This document shows, in pieces, positions 57,028-64,000 of a stretch of 64,000 nucleotides of DNA (position 1 is its first letter; every line of letters starts with the position of its first letter). The DNA is from a bacterium (lineage in GTDB: Bacteria; Patescibacteriota; Microgenomatia; UBA1400; UBA12108). The notes under the pieces were generated by a model. That model was not told the DNA's origin. It did no database searches and saw only the letters and a list, made by a program, of their open reading frames with translations. Made by a program: the position numbers and the translations under genes. The stretch spans positions 4,481 through 68,480 of the forward strand of contig JBDRPO010000022.1 in assembly GCA_043827085.1 (NCBI GenBank), in the 5' to 3' direction.

Positions 57028-58274
57028 TATTGCCGCACAAACTCACTTAGTGTCTTGAGTACATACTTCATCTGCGGCGCCCCAATGCCGGGAAACACTC
57101 CCAGCCAGAAAGCCTGATTCATCACAATGTCGGCATTAGTCATCTCACCCATCACTCGCTTATTCTCGACCCGCAGATAGGCTGGGTGGCGGAGAAGATT
57201 CCCAGAGAAAATATTTCTAGTTCCCACTTTATGTGCTTCCAGGTATTCTGTGACATCATTACGTGAGAAAGGAGCTTCTTTCTGGACAATAATCGGGAAG
57301 CCAAACCAACAGGGTTTAGTACCCGCCGGCTCTTCAATAATTTTAAATAAGATGGGATATTGCACAAAGAATTTTCTTAAAGTCGCGTAATTAGCTCGTC
57401 TACGCTTGATGAAATCGGGTAAACGCCTGAGTTGTGCGATTCCAATCGCTGGTCCAAAATCAGTGAGCTTGAGGTTATATCCAATCATCGAGTAAATATA
57501 CTTGTGATCATAGCCGTATGGGAGCTCCCCGAGCTTCCACTTAAATCTGCGCCCGCAGGTATTATCCTTCCCCGTATCGCAGTAGCAGTCGCGCCCCCAG
57601 TCACGAAACTGGCGAAGGCAGCGGTGGATCAGGGGATTATTGGTCACGACCGCACCACCCTCTCCCATGGTGATTTGGTGTGCCGGGTAAAAACTGTAAG
57701 TTGCGATATCGCCAAAGGTCCCGACCAGTTGCCCGTTGTGGGTCGAGCCCAGTGCGTCGCAGCAATCTTCGATAATCCACAGTTGATATTTTTTCGCCAA
57801 TTCTTTGATTTTGTTTATGTTATAGGGGATACCGAGCGTGTGGGCTACCATGATGAGCTTGGTCTTAGGACTGATCGCCGCTTCGATTTTCTCCACGTCG
57901 ATATTTAATGTAGTTAAATCTGCGTCCACAAATACAGGCGTGAGTCCATGTTGAATCCCAGGATTAACTGTCGTGGGAAACCCAACCGCACAGGTAATGT
58001 ATTCATCCCCAGGCTTAAGCTGACGATCTCCAAAAACTGGTGAAGTGAGTGCCGCGAGTGCATTCAAGTTCGCGCTCGACCCGGAATTGACGAGTGTTAC
58101 GTACTCGACTCCCAAGAATTTCTTAAACTCACTCTCAAACTTTTTTGCCCATCTGCCCTCCGTCCACCACCCATCACGAGCCGCCTCGATAGCGTTATCA
58201 ATTTCTTCCTGCCCAAATACTTTTCCCGATACCGGCACATAAGTTTCACCAGGGACAAATTTTAGCTTACTCAT
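57024..58274 (-). CDS. rfbH: CDP-4-keto-6-deoxyglucose 3-dehydratase (RfbH/DdhC, E1)
   Basis: DegT/DnrJ fold (NSGSSAN, AHTLG, EDCCDALG). SFYPAHQITMGEGG has His in place of the Schiff-base Lys, and GRDCYC...NTC and YDHKY match the Fe-S region. Confidence 0.9.
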   Translation of the reverse strand: MSKLKFVPGETYVPVSGKVFGQEEIDNAIEAARDGWWTEGRWAKKFESEFKKFLGVEYVTLVNSGSSANLNALAALTSPVFGDRQLKPGDEYITCAVGFPTTVNPGIQHGLTPVFVDADLTTLNIDVEKIEAAISPKTKLIMVAHTLGIPYNINKIKELAKKYQLWIIEDCCDALGSTHNGQLVGTFGDIATYSFYPAHQITMGEGGAVVTNNPLIHRCLRQFRDWGRDCYCDTGKDNTCGRRFKWKLGELPYGYDHKYIYSMIGYNLKLTDFGPAIGIAQLRRLPDFIKRRRANYATLRKFFVQYPILFKIIEEPAGTKPCWFGFPIIVQKEAPFSRNDVTEYLEAHKVGTRNIFSGNLLRHPAYLRVENKRVMGEMTNADIVMNQAFWLGVFPGIGAPQMKYVLKTLSEFVRQY

Positions 58275-58282
58275 ATCAATTT

Positions 58283-58311
58283 ATTATACACGAGCAAATA
58301 AGCTGTATAAT
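58283..58311. promoter_or_regulatory. Divergent -10 boxes
   Basis: Minus-strand TATAAT (58288-58283) is 8 nt before ATG 58274. Plus-strand TATAAT (58306-58311) is 6 nt before ATG 58318. Confidence 0.65.
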
Positions 58312-58317
58312 TCTCCT

Positions 58318-60462
58318 ATGGTTATCCGTACTCCCAAGCGTATACATTTGTCTTTTGTTTCCCTCGTGACGCTCCTTGTCTCAATCATCTTGACAGGATT
58401 CATCATTGCCTTTGTAAAATTCTATTATCCCTTTGGGAACCAGCCCTTCTTTACTGTTATCTACATGTGGTGGACCAGAATGGCTTATCTTCTCTGTCTC
58501 GTGCTCGTCCCGCTTTATGCCTGGTTCATTTGGCGTGTATTACACCGGTACACTCGTCCATCTAAAACCATCACATTGATTTATTACGTGCTTAGCGGAC
58601 TTGCTTTTGTTGGGCTCCTTGCTTACATTGCCAAACTTGACTTGACTTTGTTTTATCATTGGTCCTCCGAAAAAGTCGCGATCTACTCAGACTGGAAGAC
58701 TCATGCCGTTACTCTAGGTTTTGCCGCCCTCATCCTTGGCTTCTACCGGAAACGTTCGTCTATTTACTCTTTTCTCTCTCATTCATTGACCAAAATAATT
58801 CTTGTCATTATGGTCGTCATTTCACTGTACCTAGCCAATTTTGCTCTCCTCAATGATAATCATCGCTACAATGCCAACGGATTAAATTTTAGTGTTGTCA
58901 TGCACCCAGCTGTCCAAGTTTACTATGGCAAAGCCGTACTGATTAACCAAAAAACTCAATATGGTCTCTACGCCCAACTCCTAGAGCCAATTTTTCATTT
59001 AATGGGAGGTATCAGTGTCTTCAAGTTTAGCCTTATTATGGCCATACTTATTTGTTTATCACTCCTTGCGATCGGCTTTTTCCTGCTCCTATCTGTTCAC
59101 CCAGTCTTTGCTTTAGTCGGGTTTTGTGCCACCATCTACTTCCATTATTTTGCCGGTACCCTCTGGCCTCACGAGCTTTACTATCAGTACTATCCCATTC
59201 GTACTATTGTCCCCACCTTGACATTGCTCTTTAGTACACTCTACTTCCGCACTCCCACCCAAAAGAAATTTTTAGCCATGCTGGTTTTCCTCTCCCTCGG
59301 CATTATCTGGAATCTTGATGTCGGTCTCTTTGCCTTTGGCGCTTTTGTCATCGCTGTCTCTTACCAATACCTTTTTCTCTCGGAAAATGTTTTTTATAAA
59401 CTTCGCCGGCTATTTAGTACTTGGTTTCTCTCAGGTCTAATCTTTACTCTTGTTTTTGGCGCTTTTTTGCTATATTTACGCCTTCGTTACCATGCTGTGC
59501 CTTCTCTTGAAATGTTTGTTTCGGCTCAAAAACTCTTCCTGAGCGGTCAGTTCCCCGTCCTCTTTCGTTTATGGACCATCATTGTGCTGATTTATCTTGC
59601 CGGTTTGATAAATTCCGTCAAAAATCTCGTCTTGAATCGTCCGTCCGTCAACCACACGATGATCTTTTTCACTACTATACTTGGTCTGGGCATTTTCACT
59701 TATAGTATCAACAATCCCCATGACTCCGTACTAACCAATTGTGGTTACCCTGCGCTTATCGTGCTAGTCCTTCTTGTTCATGAAACTCTCCAGGAATGGG
59801 GAGAGGAAGCCAGGCTTCGCTACCGCTCGCTTTTCCAATACAAATTTATTGTTCTCTCACTACTCATTATCTCATTTTTAGGGACTGCTTTCTTTGTCAA
59901 TCTGCGCGGGAGTACCCTCGTGCGAGACGCGATCACTATCGAAGATTTAATTCATCCTCGCCCCGGTAATATGGAAACTGCCTGGGATGCTAAAGGTGAA
60001 ACCGAAAAAATTGTGGATTTTATTACGATAGGTGATCTCTATCTCGATCCCAGCCTGACTCCGAGCTGGGTCAACAAAGCCAACTTTGCTGCCCGCTACG
60101 CTCTCCCAAATGGGGCCATTCGCGACGATCTCTTGATCCTTTCCAATTGGGAATACCTGCTTTATCTCAAAGCACATGCCAAAAGCCCTCTAATTTCCGT
60201 TAATTTTCGTCATCTGTTTCTCGTTAACGAATGGCAATCTTTATTTGATCAGCTCAAAAACCGTCAAGATCGCTATGTCCTCGTCGAAGACGAATGGGGT
60301 CTTTTCCAGGGTGAACTCAAAAATCATCCCAATGAGTACATCGCCAAAATCGAAGAACTTTTAGCCGCCAACTATCACCCAATCGAAAGAGAAATTGTCG
60401 GCGATAGTTGGTATGATGATCGCTGGTATCCCAGCGTGATGATCATGTACGAACGCAATTAA
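58318..60462 (+). CDS. Polytopic membrane protein, putative GT-C
   Basis: NF...HP..YGK..L..QKTQYG, YP.R and WNL..G motifs. The C-terminus shares RDD.LILSNW.YLLYL.A.A..PL..VNFRHL with the gene at 63312. Confidence 0.62.
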   Translation: MVIRTPKRIHLSFVSLVTLLVSIILTGFIIAFVKFYYPFGNQPFFTVIYMWWTRMAYLLCLVLVPLYAWFIWRVLHRYTRPSKTITLIYYVLSGLAFVGLLAYIAKLDLTLFYHWSSEKVAIYSDWKTHAVTLGFAALILGFYRKRSSIYSFLSHSLTKIILVIMVVISLYLANFALLNDNHRYNANGLNFSVVMHPAVQVYYGKAVLINQKTQYGLYAQLLEPIFHLMGGISVFKFSLIMAILICLSLLAIGFFLLLSVHPVFALVGFCATIYFHYFAGTLWPHELYYQYYPIRTIVPTLTLLFSTLYFRTPTQKKFLAMLVFLSLGIIWNLDVGLFAFGAFVIAVSYQYLFLSENVFYKLRRLFSTWFLSGLIFTLVFGAFLLYLRLRYHAVPSLEMFVSAQKLFLSGQFPVLFRLWTIIVLIYLAGLINSVKNLVLNRPSVNHTMIFFTTILGLGIFTYSINNPHDSVLTNCGYPALIVLVLLVHETLQEWGEEARLRYRSLFQYKFIVLSLLIISFLGTAFFVNLRGSTLVRDAITIEDLIHPRPGNMETAWDAKGETEKIVDFITIGDLYLDPSLTPSWVNKANFAARYALPNGAIRDDLLILSNWEYLLYLKAHAKSPLISVNFRHLFLVNEWQSLFDQLKNRQDRYVLVEDEWGLFQGELKNHPNEYIAKIEELLAANYHPIEREIVGDSWYDDRWYPSVMIMYERN

Positions 60463-60483
60463 GATGTTAAAATATCTCTGAAT

Positions 60484-61422
60484 ATGGTCAATAACAAAAA
60501 GTTAATCTCCATTGTGGTTCCCGTTTACAACGAAGAGGCCGTCATCCCCGAACTGCTCAAACGTTTAACTCAATTTATTTCTTTTTCTTCTCTCTATCGT
60601 TACGAAGTGATTTTTGTCGAGCACGGTTCGCGAGATCGCTCTTTCGCGCTTCTCAATCAAGCTACCAAGCGTCACGCTTACTTCAAAATCCTCCGCCTCG
60701 CCAGGAACGTCGGAGCTGACGGAGGCATTGTTGCCGGTATGCAGCACGCGGCAGGCGATGCCTGTGTCATCCTCATGGCTGATCTCCAGGAGCCGCCCGA
60801 GCTGATTGCCAAACTCGCCGAAAAATGGGAAGAGGGATATGGGATTGTCTACGGTTTAGTCAAAAAACGCACCGCTGGTATAGTCCGCAACTTTAACTCT
60901 CGCCTGTTTTACAAAATCATCAACTTAATGACCGGTAATATGTTCCCCGAAAATGCCTCCGACTTCCGCCTCATGGACCGACCTGTTTACGAAGTCGTTG
61001 CTCGCATGAAAGAGCACAACAAATACTTGCGCGGCCTCGTCATGTGGACTGGCTACCCCAGTATCGGCGTCCCCTTTGACCGCGCCCCGCGCTTTGCCGG
61101 TACTCCCAAATCAGACCTCAAAACTGTCCTCAAAGTGGCGAGTAACGGTATCTTCTCCTTTTCTTACGTTCCACTTCGCCTAGTCTCGACCCTCGGTATC
61201 TTCATGACACTGGTTTCGTTTGTCTTGGGTTTGATCTATCTCTATCTCTTTATCTCCGAGGGTAGGACAGCTCCAGGTATCACAACCGTCATCCTCTTGA
61301 CCCTGATTCTTTTTGGAATCCTGTTCTTTGTCCTCGGCGTCATCAGCGAATACCTCGCGCGGATCTACGAAGAAGTCAAAGACCGTCCACCGTACCTAGT
61401 CAAATCCAAAACCAATCTCTAG
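60484..61422 (+). CDS. GtrB/ArnC-like polyprenol-phosphate glycosyltransferase (GT2)
   Basis: VPVYNEE, GSRD, RN.G, ADLQEPP, DFRLMDR, R.AG..K, two C-terminal TM segments and EYLARIY.EVK.RP.Y. Confidence 0.9.
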   Translation: MVNNKKLISIVVPVYNEEAVIPELLKRLTQFISFSSLYRYEVIFVEHGSRDRSFALLNQATKRHAYFKILRLARNVGADGGIVAGMQHAAGDACVILMADLQEPPELIAKLAEKWEEGYGIVYGLVKKRTAGIVRNFNSRLFYKIINLMTGNMFPENASDFRLMDRPVYEVVARMKEHNKYLRGLVMWTGYPSIGVPFDRAPRFAGTPKSDLKTVLKVASNGIFSFSYVPLRLVSTLGIFMTLVSFVLGLIYLYLFISEGRTAPGITTVILLTLILFGILFFVLGVISEYLARIYEEVKDRPPYLVKSKTNL

Positions 61423-63278
61423 TTTGACTCTGTCAATGTCTTGTCCCTATCCACTGTCGGGATAATCATATTGGCATTAAACTCATCTCTTGGTAAAAGA
61501 GGCGATAGGTCTTCGATCGGGTTACCAAACGTCAATTTGGGCTCTATTTTCTGGTCAGGTTTCAGCATCACTTGTACAAGACATGGTCCCTTTTGCGCCA
61601 GTGCCCAGCGGATACCCCGCTTTAGTTTTTGGTGATTATTGATCATTTTCCCAGGTATTCCGTACACCTTGGCCAGCTTAATAAAGTCTGGATTACAGAC
61701 CCCGGTGGTAGCATCAGTCGCAATATAGTGATTATCTAGATATAATTCCTGGAACTGTTTGATAATCCCGTATCCCCGGTTATCCAAGATAAATATTTTG
61801 ACCGGTAATTTTTGGATCGAGAGGGTCTGCAATTCCTGCACATTCATCTGAAAGCTCCCATCCCCGTCGATGCAGATTACTTCTTTCTTCCCGAGCGCGA
61901 CCGAGGCTCCGATTGCCGCCGGGAAAGCGTATCCCATCGGGGAATTGCCGAATGCCGAGAATAAGCGCTGTCCCTGTTTTAGCTTGAAAGACTGCATGAT
62001 CCAGGTCAAATGTCCTCCATCGTCGGGGATAATCACCGCATCTTTCTTCAGCTCTTGTGAGAGCATCTCTCCAAAAACATAAGGGTTGACGTACTTCTTC
62101 TGCTTAAAGTGGATCTTTTGCACCGTCGGATACTTTTTCTTCCACGCCAAGGTTCTGGCTAACCAAGCTTTAGTGTTGGGCAAACGTTTCAGATACTTGG
62201 GAGCTTGTTTGATCATCTCGCGCAAAAATTCCTTGGCGTCACACTCGATCTCTAGCTTTGGAGTCAGCCCACGCCGCTTCGCCAGCTCGCCTTGGTCAAT
62301 GTCCACCATGATGATCTGCGCGAGTCTGGCAAAGGTTTCCGGTCTCCCTCCTGTTTGGCGGGTATCGAGGCGTGATCCTACGGACAAAATCGCATCGGCG
62401 TTTTGAACAGTAAAATTGGCCGCTCTGGTTCCATACACACCATGACATCCTATGAGTTGCTGATGCTCCCAGCCAAAGCTATCCAGTCCGCTCCACGATG
62501 TCACCACCGGGAACTTCGTGAGCTTTGTCAGCTGATGGACTTCTCTTATCCCATCCGCTAGTCTGATTCCTCCTCCAGACAGTAATACCGGCCTCTCCGC
62601 CTTCACAAGTATCTCCCAAGCTTGTTTGACTTTTTCTCTGAGTTTACTGCCGGTGTCACGGTAGGGAAGGGTAGTGGGAGTAGCAAATGACTTCATCCTC
62701 TTTGGTTCGCAAGGAACACGCTGAAGGTCCATGGGGATATCTACTAGGACTGGTCCAGGTCGTCCAGACTTGGCCATGTACACAGCTTTTTCTAATTCGT
62801 AGCGGACATCCTCCAGCTTACCTATCTTAACCACGTACTTGGTTAGTGGTTTGACGATACTCACAATATCTGTTTCCTGGAAACCAATTTGGCGGGAGTT
62901 CTCTGTTCCCGGCATGCCGCCCTTCTGTTCGTAGGTATTTACCTGCCCTGATATATATAGTGTTGGAATACTGTCAAACCACGCACACCCCATCCCAGTG
63001 ATCAAATTGGTCGCACCCGGTCCCGAGGTCACCATACAAGCCGACAGTCCCGGACCCAAGCGCGAGTAAGCTTCTCCCATCATGGCAGCGCCCTGCTCGT
63101 GATTGACAGGCACATACTTAATGTCTTTCCGGCCATAGAATGCATCCATCACAAAGGCGATCGCCCCGCCCGTAACCACAAACACTTCCCTCACTCCTTG
63201 GCTCACCAAAAAATCCAAAATATAGTCGTTGACTTTATAAACTTGCTTCTGCTTGGTCATGAATCTTTCTCCCATCAT
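61419..63278 (-). CDS. Thiamine-diphosphate-dependent enzyme, acetolactate-synthase-like, YerE-type sugar carboligase candidate
   Basis: HEQ, TSGPGATN, SGQV, GFQE, GRPGPV..DIP, MGY.FP.A.GA and GDGS...N ThDP motif. Start is 63278 or 63260. Confidence 0.85.
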   Translation of the reverse strand: MMGERFMTKQKQVYKVNDYILDFLVSQGVREVFVVTGGAIAFVMDAFYGRKDIKYVPVNHEQGAAMMGEAYSRLGPGLSACMVTSGPGATNLITGMGCAWFDSIPTLYISGQVNTYEQKGGMPGTENSRQIGFQETDIVSIVKPLTKYVVKIGKLEDVRYELEKAVYMAKSGRPGPVLVDIPMDLQRVPCEPKRMKSFATPTTLPYRDTGSKLREKVKQAWEILVKAERPVLLSGGGIRLADGIREVHQLTKLTKFPVVTSWSGLDSFGWEHQQLIGCHGVYGTRAANFTVQNADAILSVGSRLDTRQTGGRPETFARLAQIIMVDIDQGELAKRRGLTPKLEIECDAKEFLREMIKQAPKYLKRLPNTKAWLARTLAWKKKYPTVQKIHFKQKKYVNPYVFGEMLSQELKKDAVIIPDDGGHLTWIMQSFKLKQGQRLFSAFGNSPMGYAFPAAIGASVALGKKEVICIDGDGSFQMNVQELQTLSIQKLPVKIFILDNRGYGIIKQFQELYLDNHYIATDATTGVCNPDFIKLAKVYGIPGKMINNHQKLKRGIRWALAQKGPCLVQVMLKPDQKIEPKLTFGNPIEDLSPLLPRDEFNANMIIPTVDRDKTLTESN

Positions 63279-63311
63279 TTTATTTAAGGTTTCCTATTAT
63301 AAACTATTTTT

Positions 63312-63998
63312 TTATTTTTCGTTTCTCTCCCACGTACTTATGTAATTGACTTGCCACTGCCAGCCGTAGTATTCCTCGCCCACCAACTCACGCTCAATTA
63401 CGTGATAATTATTGCGAATCTCCCGCCACAGTCGCTCTACCATTTCCTTCACATGACTCTTTTCTCCTCCCACAGTGATGAGTTGTTCTTCGTCAACGAT
63501 CAGGAGTTTACTTTGCCTCCCAGCAATATGGGTAAACAACTCCTCCCACTCACTTGGTAGTGCCAAATGACGGAAATTCACCATGGGTAACGGAGCTCTC
63601 GCTCTCGCGTGCAAATATAGCAAATAATCCCAATTAGATAATATGAGCACGTCATCGCGAACTTCCCCCATGTTCAATTTGTATTCGTCAGCGTATTCCG
63701 CTTTCTTTACCCAAATGGGTTTTAAGCCACGGTCGCGCGCCAAATCACTTTCATAGACAAAATCGATACCGGTAGCTGAGCCTCTATGTATTCCCCAGAG
63801 TGACTTGGCACTTTTTGTCTCGGGTCGGACCACATCTTCAATGGTAACCGTGTCTCCTACTAGCCGGCTGTAGCGCAGGTTTTGCACTGAGCTGGCCGCC
63901 ATCAAACAAAGTAAACCCACCCCCATCCATCCCGGCCACCAAAGTTTCTTTTGCCTCCATGCTCTCTCTACGAGGAGGGTAAGCAGAATTATTGCCGG
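63312..63998 (-). CDS. C-terminal part of a membrane protein paralogous to 58318..60462 (5'-truncated by the window edge)
   Basis: The frame is open to the window end (PAIILLTLLVE...). It shares TIED...P, WV.KA, RDD.LILSNW, VNFRHL, NYH.IERE.VG and ERN with the gene at 58318. Confidence 0.75.
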   Translation of the reverse strand, partial: PAIILLTLLVERAWRQKKLWWPGWMGVGLLCLMAASSVQNLRYSRLVGDTVTIEDVVRPETKSAKSLWGIHRGSATGIDFVYESDLARDRGLKPIWVKKAEYADEYKLNMGEVRDDVLILSNWDYLLYLHARARAPLPMVNFRHLALPSEWEELFTHIAGRQSKLLIVDEEQLITVGGEKSHVKEMVERLWREIRNNYHVIERELVGEEYYGWQWQVNYISTWERNEK

Positions 63999-64000
63999 GT

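Noticed and set aside
61419-63278. Annotation as ilvB for branched-chain amino acid synthesis
   Set aside because: No regulatory subunit or other ilv genes are nearby and the context is nucleotide-sugar synthesis. The fold alone cannot decide, so no symbol is given.

Overview
This 64 kb window is almost entirely one very large cell-surface glycan biosynthesis and modification region, with about 50 densely packed genes in standard genetic code (TGA is used as stop). It holds about 25 polytopic GT-C-like membrane proteins and four polyprenol-phosphate sugar synthase-like GT2s. It also has several soluble GT2/GT4 enzymes, a Wzx flippase, a Wzm/Wzt ABC exporter, nucleotide-sugar enzymes (Gmd, UXS-like, RfbH, a ThDP enzyme) and a CysD-like/sulfatase-fold pair. 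The compact layout, apparent leaderless genes and GT-C expansion suggest a Patescibacteria (CPR, Microgenomates-like) genome; this is inference only. The most notable unexplained signals are: (1) a TrpR-family gene bracketed by two copies of a 32-bp palindrome, with a related perfect 28-bp palindrome inside a CDS 36 kb away; (2) two tandem antisense promoter-hairpin-U-tract units in 72-bp register between wzm and wzt; (3) six degenerate heptamer repeat patches; (4) a REP-like element; (5) a -10 box 6-8 nt before many start codons. I saw no rRNA, tRNA, CRISPR array or transposase. All product calls come from motif recognition by eye, not from database searches.
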